The notes under the pieces are model-generated. The model was given only the letters and a program-made list of their open reading frames with translations. It did not search any database and was not told the origin of the DNA. Source: an uncultured Actinomycetes bacterium (lineage in GTDB: Bacteria; Actinomycetota; Thermoleophilia; Gaiellales; Gaiellaceae). From it: a stretch of DNA of 64,000 bases. Below are positions 1 through 9,297 of this stretch, one piece after another. The position numbers were made by a program, and so were the translations under genes. Where the stretch lies: contig CAWDGK010000003.1 of the NCBI GenBank assembly GCA_963801855.1, forward strand, positions 45,066-109,065. The letters are read 5' to 3'. Position 1 is the first letter of the stretch. Each line of letters begins with the position of its first letter.

Positions 1-843
1 CTCGAGCTGTCCGACGGCGTCGAGATCTATCCCGGCCACGTCGCGGGCTCGCTTTGCGGCGCCGGAATGAGCTCGAAGCGCTCGTCGACGATCGGATTCG
101 AGCGGAGCTTCAACCGGACAGTTGGCGACCGAGTCGGAGGACGAGTTCGTCGCGGAGTCGATTCGCGCGGGCGTGCAGCCTCCGAACATGGAACGGATCG
201 TGGAGCTGAACCGCGGGCCGTTCGTCGGCGCCGCCGAGGCGATCCAGCCTGTGAACGGCGAGGGGGCGGCGCGATCCTCGACGTCCGGTCCGCCGAGGAG
301 TTCGCCGCGGGCCACGCTGCCGGCGCATTCAACGTGGCGGTCGCTTCCGGCGGCTTCCCGACCAAGGCGGCATTCGCGCTGCCGGCAGGGGAGCGGGTCG
401 TGGTTCACGCCGCGAGCGACGAGCAGGTACGGGCGGCCGCCCGGGGCCTCCGGTCGGTCGGGATCCTCGACCTGTCCGGCTACGTGATCGGCCCTCCGGC
501 ACAGGAGTCGCCCGGCTTCGTGGACGTGAACGACCTGCGGAGATCCTGGAGTCGGGCGAGGAGGTCGAGGTTCGTCGACGTCCGAGAGCCGCACGAGCGT
601 GATGAGGGCTACATCCCCGGCAGTCGCAACATCCCCTACCGGCTGGTGCGCGAGTGGGTCGACGACCTCGAAGGAGGGAAGCCCGTGGTCACGATCTGCT
701 CGAGCGGGTCACGGGCGGCCGTGGCCGCGAGCGTGCTCTCCGCCGCAGCGGGAATCGAGCCCGGCCGGTGCTGCACGGGGGCATCGACGACTGGGCGAAA
801 GACGGCGGCGAGCACGGTCAGCTTCAGGCGCTGCGGCTCGTAG
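1..843 (+). pseudogene. MBL-fold hydrolase fused to two rhodanese domains (5' end outside window); reading frame broken at least three times
   Basis: Frame 1 from nt 1 reads LELSDGVEIYPGHVAGSLCGAGMSSKRSSTIGFERSFNRT. The conserved sequence continues in frame 2 (SEDEFVAESIRAGVQPPNMERIVELNRGPF) and returns to frame 1 (ILDVRSAEEFAAGHAAGAFNV; FVDVREPHERDEGYIPGSRNIPY; VVTICSSGSRAAVAAS, a rhodanese active-site loop). It finishes in frame 3 (VLHGGIDDWAKDGG). Switch points are near 118-122, 262-266 (G5 run) and 758-768. Confidence 0.6.
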
Positions 844-3800
844 CCGAGAGGCGACTGAGCCTCGGCGAGGTAGGCCGTGGCGCCCACCTCGCGGAAGAAC
901 TCGATCGCCTTGTCGAGACTCACCGTGGCTCCATGCGCGCGCGCCGTAGAGCCTGCTCAGCGCCGCGTGGTAGCGGGAGCTCATTCGCTCGAAGATCTCG
1001 ACGGCGTGGGCGAATTCGCCGCGGCCGAGCGCCAGCCCGGAGTCCCGCCACGGCGTCGGGTGTAGATCTCGAGCGAGCTCGTCGAGCTCGTCCAACCACC
1101 CGAGCGCGCCGAGGACGGTCGCAGCGTCGATGAACCATTCGGAGACGACACGACGGGAGGTCGACCCGTGGATGTCGAGAACCTCTCGGGCGAGCGCCTC
1201 GACCGAGTCCCCACGGGCCTGCAGCTGCACGGCACGCCAGGAGAGGGCCGGCAGCAGAACCTGCGACTCGTTGCTCGAGCGAGCCCTCTCGAGCGCGACC
1301 CGCGCCTCGGAATCGGCCGCCTCGGCGTCGCCGCGTGCCAGGAGAATGCGGCTGCGCAAGAGCCTCCATGTCGGCTCGAGATAGTGGCTCTCGCCTTCCG
1401 GGACGCCTGCGAGGAGTGAGTCGCAGATCTCCTCTGCCTCCGCCCACTGACCCGCGTACAAGGCGTTCTCGGCCTTCGCCCCCCGCGCCCACCGAAGCCA
1501 CTCCACTCCGCCCCAGCGCAGCGCTTCCGCCAGTTGCTCGTCCCCGACTGCCCGAGCACGCTCGACCTCGCCGAGGAGAGAGAGCGAGTAGCGCAGATTG
1601 TTGTAGCTCCGGATCACGTACGGGGTGTTGAGCGCCCGCAGGATCTCGACGCTCTGCTCGAGCAGGGCGAGCCCCTGGCGGTCCCCCTCTGCGGCATGGC
1701 GGACTCCGAGATTGCCAAGAACGTGCCCGCGAACGAAGTCCAGCCCGAGCTCGGCGGCCATGGCCAGAGCGTCCTCACCGAACCGTTGGGCGTCCTCGAG
1801 CCGGTCCGCGAGGGCGTTCGCGCTGGAGAGGTACGAGTAGGCCAGCGCCTTGGTCGGCGAGAGCGGCAGCTCCGCCGCCATCTGGAGCAGGCGTTCCAGG
1901 CCGTGTCGCCTCTCGTCACCGCGTCCGTGGAGCCAGCGGACATTGACGATCCGCTGCTCGGCCTGGACGGCCCGGTCGAGGTCGCCGGCCGCCAGCAGGG
2001 CATCGCGTACGCCGACGAGCTCCTCCACGTTCGCGAAGGCGTGTTCGTACCGGGCGAGCGCCGCGTCGAAGCTGATGCGCGTGCGCTCGAGGTCGTCGTC
2101 GGGCCACAGCGTCGCCGCGCGGTCGTACCAGGCGGCCGCCTGCTGGAACGAACCGAGTGCGTTCGCCCGGTCGCCGGCATCACGGAGCGCGAAGCGAGCC
2201 GCGTCGGCGAGGCCTTCCGTGTCCTGCCGGGACGCCTGGGCGGCGTCGAGCGCGCTGACGTAGTGGTGAGCGAGCAGGTCGACGTGATCTTCGGGTCGAC
2301 CGAGCCCCTCGATCCATTCCGCCGCCCGCCGGTGCTTCTCCGCCCTCTGCGCGCGCGGGATCTGCCCGTACGCGACCTCTCGTACGAGGCCGTGCACGAA
2401 TGTGTGCTGGGTGTCGCCGCCGACCGACGACCGGCGCTCCGTGCGAACGTACTGCTTCCGCTCGAGCGCGTGCAAGAGCGCTTCTGCCTCGCCGTCGTCA
2501 CGGTCGCCGAGCGCCGCTACCGCGCCGCGCCAGAAGACCTTTCCGATGACCGCGGCGTCCTGGAGAAGCGCCTTCTCGTCGCTCGTCAGGGTGTCGAGGC
2601 GCGCGGCGATCAGCCCCTGGACGGACTCGGGAAGCGGCAGCTCGCCGCCGTCGGTTCCGTGACGGTCGCGCGCGATGCGGGCGAACTCCTGCGCGTAGAG
2701 CGGGTTACCGCCCGCGCGGTCGAGCAGGGTTGCCTGGGTCTCCGCGGGAAGGACGGCGCGCTCGAGCAGTCCGTGGATCAGCGTTGCGGTCTCCTCCTCG
2801 CTGAGGGGCGAGAGCGAGACGGCAGTCGCGTTGGGCTTCCCGCCACCCCAGGTCGCCCGGCGCGTCAGGAGCTCTGGCCGCGCCGTGACCACCACGAGGA
2901 TCGGCGCGTCCCCCGCCCAGTCGACGAGATGGTCGATGAAGTCGAGGAGCCCCTCGTCTGCCCAGTGGAGGTCTTCGAACACGAGGACGAGCGGGCTCAG
3001 GTCAGAGAGGCCCTCGAAGAATCGCCGCCAGGCGGCGAACGCTTCCGTGCGCCGGTCGCCGCCGGGGTCGCCGGCCTCGGCGGCGTCTCCGAAGCCGATC
3101 AGCGATCCGAGATGGCGCCCGGCCCACACCGCGTCGTCCTCATCCGGAATCGCCTCCTCGACGACGGCGCGCAGCTTCGCCGCGGCCTCCTCTGCCGCCT
3201 CTCCCTCGAGGATTCCAGCGTGCGCCTTCACGATCTCGCCGAGCGCCCAGAACCCGCTCTCCCCGTACGGCAGGCACCGCCCCTGGCGCCAGAACACGAG
3301 CTCCGGCGCGCTGTCGACGCGGAGGAACAGCTCCTGCACGATCCGCGTCTTTCCGATGCCGGGAACTCCGGAGACCGTGACCAGCTGCGGCGAGCGTTCC
3401 TGGGTCGCTCGGGCGAGCGCGCGGGCGAGGGTCTCGACCTCGTGCTTGCGGCCGACCAGGGGCGTCCCGGAGTCGCGCGTCACGTCTTCGCCGAACCGGG
3501 AGCGTGCTTCGACCACCTCCCAGACGGCGATCGGCTCGGACTTGCCCTTCGCTGCGACCGGCGGTGCGTCGCGGTAGTCGATCGTTCGCGACGTCGCGTT
3601 GTAGGTAGTCGCGCCGACGATGATCCCGTTTACCGGCGCGGCGCTCTGAAGGCGAGAGGCCGTGTTCACGACGTCGCCGGCGACGAGCCCTCGCTCCGCG
3701 CCGGGGCTTGGCTCGAGCGACACGAGCACCTCGCCGGTATTGACGGCGATCCTCACCTCGAGGTCACCCTCCTCGCGGATCCAATCCCTGATCGCAAGTG

Positions 3801-4050
3801 CCGCGCGCACGGCGCGCTCGGGGTCGTCCTCGTGTGCGACCGGAGCGCCGAACACCGCCATCACCGCGTCGCCGATGAACTTCTCCACCGTCCCCCCGCG
3901 CTGCTCGAGCTCGGTGCGGAGCCGGTCGTGAAACGGAGCGAGGATCGCCTCCACGTCCTCCGGGTCGAGGGTCTCGGCGCGCGCCGTGAAACCGACGAGG
4001 TCGGCGAAGAGGACGCTCACGACCTTGCGCTCTCGTCGGGGATCCGCCAC
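709..4050 (-). CDS. Class III adenylate/guanylate cyclase - P-loop STAND/AAA ATPase - TPR signalling protein; 3' end frame-disrupted
   Basis: The N-terminus (KVVSVLFADLVGFT...FIGDAVMAVFGAP) is a cyclase catalytic domain, followed by the P-loop GVPGIGKT and a long TPR-like C-terminal half. The plausible ending for such proteins (SLDKAIEFFREVGATAYLAEAQ) lies in a different frame (ORF 636..923). The switch falls inside a (GC)n run at about 935-945, so the true stop is uncertain. Confidence 0.8.
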   Translation of the reverse strand: MADPRRERKVVSVLFADLVGFTARAETLDPEDVEAILAPFHDRLRTELEQRGGTVEKFIGDAVMAVFGAPVAHEDDPERAVRAALAIRDWIREEGDLEVRIAVNTGEVLVSLEPSPGAERGLVAGDVVNTASRLQSAAPVNGIIVGATTYNATSRTIDYRDAPPVAAKGKSEPIAVWEVVEARSRFGEDVTRDSGTPLVGRKHEVETLARALARATQERSPQLVTVSGVPGIGKTRIVQELFLRVDSAPELVFWRQGRCLPYGESGFWALGEIVKAHAGILEGEAAEEAAAKLRAVVEEAIPDEDDAVWAGRHLGSLIGFGDAAEAGDPGGDRRTEAFAAWRRFFEGLSDLSPLVLVFEDLHWADEGLLDFIDHLVDWAGDAPILVVVTARPELLTRRATWGGGKPNATAVSLSPLSEEETATLIHGLLERAVLPAETQATLLDRAGGNPLYAQEFARIARDRHGTDGGELPLPESVQGLIAARLDTLTSDEKALLQDAAVIGKVFWRGAVAALGDRDDGEAEALLHALERKQYVRTERRSSVGGDTQHTFVHGLVREVAYGQIPRAQRAEKHRRAAEWIEGLGRPEDHVDLLAHHYVSALDAAQASRQDTEGLADAARFALRDAGDRANALGSFQQAAAWYDRAATLWPDDDLERTRISFDAALARYEHAFANVEELVGVRDALLAAGDLDRAVQAEQRIVNVRWLHGRGDERRHGLERLLQMAAELPLSPTKALAYSYLSSANALADRLEDAQRFGEDALAMAAELGLDFVRGHVLGNLGVRHAAEGDRQGLALLEQSVEILRALNTPYVIRSYNNLRYSLSLLGEVERARAVGDEQLAEALRWGGVEWLRWARGAKAENALYAGQWAEAEEICDSLLAGVPEGESHYLEPTWRLLRSRILLARGDAEAADSEARVALERARSSNESQVLLPALSWRAVQLQARGDSVEALAREVLDIHGSTSRRVVSEWFIDAATVLGALGWLDELDELARDLHPTPWRDSGLALGRGEFAHAVEIFERMSSRYHAALSRLYGARAWSHGESRQGDRVLPRGGRHGLPRRGSVASRLRAAAPEADRARRRLSPSRRCPRAAPAGLDSRCGGEHARGHGRP

Positions 4051-4164
4051 GTCGCGATCATAGGAAGGACAGCCTGAAGGAGTAGGCCGACGGACGTTTG
4101 CCGCATCACCCGCCCGCCGGCCCTCACCACTAGACGATTGACCAGCGGACGGATCTTCCTTCGG

Positions 4165-5334
4165 CTATCTCAGGCGCTCGACCTCGTAGCCCCAGGAGGC
4201 CATAGCACCGAGCAGGAGCCCCACGTGCTCCTGGTCGCGCGTGATCAGCGTCAGCTCGACCTCCGTTTGGGACACAGGCATGTCCATTCCCTCCCTGTGA
4301 TGCTCGACCGAGATGACGTTCGCCCGTTCCTGCGCGATGAGCGTCAGGAGCTTGACGAGCTCCCCTGGTCGGTCCGACAGCCTCGTCCGCAAGACGAGGA
4401 AGCGGCCGGAGAGCGTCAAGCCGTGTCGGATGACCGAGATCAGGAGCGTCGGGTCGATGTTTCCGCCGGACAGGACGATCGCGACGGGACCTGAACCACC
4501 GACCTTGTCGCCGAGCAGGGCGGCGACCCCAACGGCTCCTGCACCCTCCACGACGAGCTTCGTCCGCTCGAGCAGGAGCACGATCGCCTCGCTGATCGCC
4601 TCGTCGTCCACCTCGACCATGTCGTCCAGGAGCCGGTCGAGGATCGACATCGTGAGCTCGCCGGGCTTTTTCACGTAGATCCCGTCGGCGATCGTGTAGC
4701 CGGAGAGGCCGGCCTGGACTCCGACGAGACGGAGCTCGGGCCGTAGCTCGCGCAGGGCGATCGCAACCCCCGATGCCAGCCCGCCGCCCCCGACGGGAAT
4801 GACGACCGTCTGCGCGTCGGCCACCTGGTCGGCGAGCTCGAGCCCGAGCGTTCCCTGGCCGGCGATCACCAGCGGGTCCTCGAACGGGTGGATGAACGTC
4901 GCCCCGCGCTCCTCGACGTCGGCCCGGGCGGCCGCCATCGCGTCCTCGAAGCGCTCGCCAACCATGATCAGGTCGGCGCCATAGGTCCGGCAGGCTTCGA
5001 CCTTCGCCATCGGGGCCTCCTGCGGGACGTAGATCCGGGCTTTCACGCCGGCCTGCCGCGCCGCCCAGGCGACGGCCTGACCGTGATTTCCGGCGCTGGC
5101 CGCGACGACACCCGCCTCCCGCTCGTCGTCACTCAGCATCGCGAGCCTGTTGACGGCACCGCGCACCTTGAATGCGCCTGTGCGCTGGAGGTTCTCCGCC
5201 TTCAGCCAGACGTCCCGGCCCGAGATGCGCGAGAACGTCTCGGAGCTGTAGACCGGGGTCTCCCGCGCGACGCCCGCGATGCGCTCACGCGCCTCGCGGA
5301 TGTCAGTGGGGGTCGGTGCCGTTTCCGTCTGCAT
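4165..5334 (-). CDS. ilvA: Threonine dehydratase / threonine ammonia-lyase (PLP-dependent, C-terminal ACT-like regulatory domain)
   Basis: 389 aa. It has the PLP-lysine motif TGAFKVRGA, the glycine loop GGGGLASG, and a C-terminal ~80 aa regulatory domain. Confidence 0.85.
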   Translation of the reverse strand: MQTETAPTPTDIREARERIAGVARETPVYSSETFSRISGRDVWLKAENLQRTGAFKVRGAVNRLAMLSDDEREAGVVAASAGNHGQAVAWAARQAGVKARIYVPQEAPMAKVEACRTYGADLIMVGERFEDAMAAARADVEERGATFIHPFEDPLVIAGQGTLGLELADQVADAQTVVIPVGGGGLASGVAIALRELRPELRLVGVQAGLSGYTIADGIYVKKPGELTMSILDRLLDDMVEVDDEAISEAIVLLLERTKLVVEGAGAVGVAALLGDKVGGSGPVAIVLSGGNIDPTLLISVIRHGLTLSGRFLVLRTRLSDRPGELVKLLTLIAQERANVISVEHHREGMDMPVSQTEVELTLITRDQEHVGLLLGAMASWGYEVERLR

Positions 5335-6307
5335 CGTCTGGCCGGATGTGGAAGACCTTCTCCATGATCTCTCGAACGGCGGTGAGCGGGTCGAGCTCGC
5401 GGCGCTGGACCCCGTCCAGGAGCCGTCTGAGCTCGGGGTCGTCCGCGACCGTCTGCTCGAGATGGGATTTTGCCCGTGCCGAGGCGACCGTGAAGACCTC
5501 CCCGGCGAGATTCTCGCGCCGGCGCACGTCGAGGAGCTCGTTGGTCTCGAGATGCTCGCGGTGCGCTTCGATCCGATCCCAGAGCTCCACGACCCCCTCG
5601 CCGGTCACGGCCTCCGTCAGGACGATGGGCGGATGCCAGTCGCTTTCGAGGTCGAGCGCGAGGATCGACCGCACCTCGTTCAGCATCGTCTTGGCCGCCG
5701 GGTGATCCTTCTTGTTCACGGCGATCACGTCGGGGATCTCCATGATCCCGGCCTTCAACGCCTGGACGGAGTCGCCTGAGCCCGGCATCAACACGAGGAC
5801 GACGGTGTCCGCCACGCCGATCACCTCGATCTCGCTCTGCCCGGTCCCGACGGTCTCGAGGAACACGAGGTCTCGCCCGGCCGCGTCGAGGATGAGGAGG
5901 GCCTGCAGCGTTGCCTCCGCCAGCCCGCCGAGATGCCCGCGCGTCCCCATGGAGCGGATGAAGACCCCGGGGTCGAGGAAATGGTCGGCGAGACGGATCC
6001 GATCGCCGAGGAGCGCGCCCTTTGAGAACGGGCTCGACGGGTCGACGGAGATGACGCCGACCGTCTTCTCCTGGCCGCGCACATGCCGGACGAGCGCGCT
6101 GATGAGGCTCGACTTGCCGACGCCGGGTGGCCCTGTGATCCCGATGGCATACGCCTGGCCCGTCTCGGGATAGAGCGCCCGAACGAGGTCGTACGCCATC
6201 GGGTCGGAGTTCTCGACGAGTGAGATCGCCCGGGCGAGCGCACGCCTGTCGCCGCCCCGGACTCCCGCGAGCAGCGTCTCGGGGGTCCAGTCGCGCCGCC
6301 CGGCCAC
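5303..6307 (-). CDS. meaB: Methylmalonyl-CoA mutase-associated GTPase MeaB/ArgK family
   Basis: It has the P-loop GITGPPGVGKSS and the motifs DPSSPFSKGALLGDRIR and NKKD. I placed the start at GTG 6307 (VAGRRDWTPETLL...), just after the stop of the upstream MFS gene. The longer ORF start at 6460 would overlap that gene. Confidence 0.8.
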   Translation of the reverse strand: MAGRRDWTPETLLAGVRGGDRRALARAISLVENSDPMAYDLVRALYPETGQAYAIGITGPPGVGKSSLISALVRHVRGQEKTVGVISVDPSSPFSKGALLGDRIRLADHFLDPGVFIRSMGTRGHLGGLAEATLQALLILDAAGRDLVFLETVGTGQSEIEVIGVADTVVLVLMPGSGDSVQALKAGIMEIPDVIAVNKKDHPAAKTMLNEVRSILALDLESDWHPPIVLTEAVTGEGVVELWDRIEAHREHLETNELLDVRRRENLAGEVFTVASARAKSHLEQTVADDPELRRLLDGVQRRELDPLTAVREIMEKVFHIRPDDADGNGTDPH

Positions 6308-6317
6308 ACGAGCAAGC

Positions 6318-7574
6318 CTAGAGGCGCGCGGTCTCGACGGGCTCGGGTTCTCGTTGCGGCCTGACCGAGACCTGTGATCCGGTGTCCAGGCCGCGGGCAA
6401 GCAGGAGAGCCACGACCGCCGCCACCGCCGAGAGCGCTCCTGCAATCGCCCAGACCGCACGCGGGCCGAGCAGGTCGGTGAGCGGCCCGGACGCGACCAT
6501 GCCGATTCCGAGCACGACGTAGTTCGAGCTCATCAGGAGCGTGAAAGCCCGGCCGCGGAGCTCGTCCGGTGCCCCTCGCTGGACGAAGAGCGCGTTGCAG
6601 ACCACGGCGGCGCCGTTTCCCGTTCCGAGGACGATGACGCAGAGCGCGGCGATCCAGACGTTCGGCGAGGCTGCAGCCCCGACCATGCCGACGGCGACGA
6701 GGGCGATCGACGTCGCGTAGACGGTTGCGATCGCACGCTGTTCGAGCAGCGACCCGGCCAAGAGGCTCCCGAATGCCAGGCCGATGCCTGTGGCGCCGAC
6801 GAGCAGGCCGTAGCCGAAGTCGCCGGCGCCGAACGCTTCCTTGGCGAGCACGACCTCCGCGACGTTGACGCAGGCGCTCGCCAGCATGATCACGTTCCAG
6901 ACGGTGAGGACCGTGAGGAGAGCGCGGGAGCCTCGGACGAGCGCGAAGCCGTCCGCGAGATCGCGCCAGTAGCCGCGGCCGATCGCCGGCGCAGCCTGCA
7001 GCAGGCGATCCGGGATGCCGGCGAGCAGCGCCGCCGAGACGAGGAACGTGACCGAGTTGATCCAGTAGGCCGCGTCCGGACCGGTCGCCGCGACGAGGAT
7101 TCCGCCAATCACCGGCCCGATGGCCCACGCGAGATTCTCGATCGTCTGCAGAAGCGAATTCGCCTGAGGGAGATCCTCGTCCGGCAGGAGGTTCGGAAGC
7201 CCGGCGTAGAGCGCCGGCCGGAAGAATCCCGTTGCGAAACCGGCCACGGCCGCGAGGGCGACGATCGCCGCAGGCTCCTCAGCGAATGGCAGGGCGGCAA
7301 AGATCGCGACTCGCAGAAGGTCGGAGGCGATCATCAGGCGCCGCCGGGGGAGGCGGTCGACGAGGGAGGCGGCCGCAACTCCGATCAGGATCGCGGGGAG
7401 GAAGTCTGCGATCAGGAGCGCGCTGACCCACACCGCAGACTGGGTGCGGTCGTACACGTCGATCGTGAGGGCGACGAACGCGAGCCACGTTCCGAACGCC
7501 GAGCCGACCGTCGCGAGCGCGAGCAGGCGAAAGCTCTGGGCTTCCCGCAAGAGCGTGACCTGTCGGTTCAGCAA
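6318..7574 (-). CDS. MFS transporter (12-TM type, efflux-like)
   Basis: 418 aa, hydrophobic throughout, with the MFS loop motif LVDRLPRRRLM between TM2 and TM3. Confidence 0.8.
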   Translation of the reverse strand: MLNRQVTLLREAQSFRLLALATVGSAFGTWLAFVALTIDVYDRTQSAVWVSALLIADFLPAILIGVAAASLVDRLPRRRLMIASDLLRVAIFAALPFAEEPAAIVALAAVAGFATGFFRPALYAGLPNLLPDEDLPQANSLLQTIENLAWAIGPVIGGILVAATGPDAAYWINSVTFLVSAALLAGIPDRLLQAAPAIGRGYWRDLADGFALVRGSRALLTVLTVWNVIMLASACVNVAEVVLAKEAFGAGDFGYGLLVGATGIGLAFGSLLAGSLLEQRAIATVYATSIALVAVGMVGAAASPNVWIAALCVIVLGTGNGAAVVCNALFVQRGAPDELRGRAFTLLMSSNYVVLGIGMVASGPLTDLLGPRAVWAIAGALSAVAAVVALLLARGLDTGSQVSVRPQREPEPVETARL

Positions 7575-7639
7575 TCGTTCCCTCTACGGCAAACGCTAGC
7601 GCCGCGATTGCGCCAGGAAGCCAAATTCACTCGTTCGAG

Positions 7640-8777
7640 TTAGGTCCTGGCGACACTCATGACGCGACCGAGCGCCTCGGAGAAGAACGCGTTGTCCTCG
7701 GGGGATCCGACGGTGACCCGAATCGCCCCCGGGGCGCCGAAGCCGGCCGTCGGACGCACGATCACGCCCTCCTGGAGAAGCTGCTCGAACAGCGGCCGCG
7801 AATCAGAGCCGACCTCGGCGAACACGAAGTTGGCGACGGCCGGAGTCACCGGGTCGAGACCGCTCGCCCGGAGCGCTTGCTCGATCGCCGGACGGCCTTC
7901 GGCGTTGAGCCGGCGGCGGCGCTCCAGCTCGGCGGCCGCGCCGGGCGCTTCGAGGCTCGCGAGGGCGCAGGCCTGCGCGGGCGTCGTGATGTCGAATGCC
8001 CGCCGGACCTTCCCGATTGCGCGTCACGAGCTCTGCCGAACCGACGCCGTAGCCCACGCGGAGCCCGGCGAGCCCGTAGATCTTCGAGAACGTCCGCAGC
8101 ACGATCACGCGCCGCCCACCCTTCACGTACTCCTCGATTCCGTCCGCGTAGGCACCATCGTCGACGTACTCGAGGTAGGCCTGGTCGAGCACGGTGACCA
8201 CGTGTTCCGGGACCGTGTCGAAGTAGAGATCCAGCTCCTCGCGGGTGTTCATCGTGCCGGTGGGGTTGTTCGGGTGGCAGACGTAGACGAGCTTCGTCCG
8301 CTCGGTGACCGCGGCGAGCATCGCGTCGAGGTCGTAGCGGCCGTCCGCGAGCGGAATCGTGCGCGCGACGGCCCCGAGCTTCTTGGCCCCGATCACGTAG
8401 CTCGGGAAGCTCGGCCAGCCGCACACGATCTCGTCGCCCGCGTCGAGCGAGATCTGGGACAGGGCGTCGACGATGCCGTCGGCTCCGGCGCCGAGCGCGA
8501 TCTCCTCGAGACGAACGCCGTGCCGCTCGGCGAGCGCGGCGCGCAGGCGGTAGGCACCACCGTCCGGGTACCGGTTCAGCTCGGGCCCGACGGCCGCGAG
8601 CGCCTCGAGCGCCTCCGGGAACGGGCCGAACGGCCCCTCGTTCGACGCAAGCTTGACGACCCGCTCGAGCCCGAGCTCACGCTGGACCTCCTCCACGGGC
8701 TTGCCGGGCTCGTACGGGACGAGGTCACGGACGGCGGGCTTGAAGAAGCTGTCCGCGATCTCGGCAAGCGACGCCAC
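7640..8777 (-). pseudogene. hisC: Histidinol-phosphate aminotransferase with one frame disruption near 8030
   Basis: ORF 7803..8777 carries the class II aminotransferase core (NPNNPTG-type HPNNPTGT, and the PLP lysine in FSKIYGLAGLRVGYG). After ...SAELVT it goes out of frame. Removing one nucleotide (GTG ACG [C] GCA ATC GGG) restores AIGKVRRAFDITTPAQACALASL...VTPAVANFVFAEV, which joins ORF 7640..7849. Confidence 0.85.
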
Positions 8778-8787
8778 GGCGCGGAAT

Positions 8788-9297
8788 CTACTGAACCGTG
8801 TAGGCCATGAGGATCGCGTCGAGGTACTCGGAGCCTCGGCGATAGTGAGCCCTCCTCAAACCCTCCTGCTGGAACCCGAACCGCTCGTAGAGGGCGATGG
8901 CGGCCTCGTTGTGCGGAAAGACGTGGAGCTCGAGCTTCCGCACAGCGGCCGCGCGCGCCCACTCGACGGCGGCGTCCAGCAGCGCGTTCCCGATCCCCCG
9001 GCGCCGGTGGGCCGCGGCGACCATGAGGCCGAGATCCGCAACGTGCCTGCTGGCCGGATGCGGGTCGCGGCCGAGGGAGAGCCGTCCCACGAGGCCCTCC
9101 GGCAGCTCCGCGACGAACACCGCAGCGTCGTCGTAGCGGCGCAACGCTCGCAGGAAGCGCCGCTCCTCGCCCGGCGAACGCCACGCGCCGTCGGAGATGA
9201 GCCAACCCTCGGGCTCGGACGCGACGGCTTCGGCGAGCGCCACGAGCGCCCCCGCGTCGCCGGGCTGCGCTCGCCTGACGACGGCCCGCTCAGCCAT
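8788..9297 (-). CDS. GNAT family N-acetyltransferase
   Basis: From MAERAVVRRAQPGD. It has the acetyl-CoA motif RRRGIGNALL. The ATG at 9297 overlaps the ggt stop codon by 8 nt. Confidence 0.8.
   Translation of the reverse strand: MAERAVVRRAQPGDAGALVALAEAVASEPEGWLISDGAWRSPGEERRFLRALRRYDDAAVFVAELPEGLVGRLSLGRDPHPASRHVADLGLMVAAAHRRRGIGNALLDAAVEWARAAAVRKLELHVFPHNEAAIALYERFGFQQEGLRRAHYRRGSEYLDAILMAYTVQ

Noticed and set aside
1534-4077. 847 aa ORF on the plus strand
   Set aside because: It is antisense to the cyclase-ATPase-TPR gene. Its Arg/Pro/Gly/Asp-rich, low-complexity composition is typical of shadow ORFs in very GC-rich DNA, and I see no motifs. The same reasoning applies to 5821..7128(-), 9197..10753(+), 11831..13201(-), 11986..13926(+), 19372..21216(+), 23578..25458(+), 28228..29946(-), 40294..41151(+), 41160..42305(-), 42904..43884(-), 45540..46805(+), 49708..50646(-), 51432..52532(+), 52529..53497(+), 54635..55933(+), 57788..58939(+), 60087..61721(+) and 61349..62269(-).
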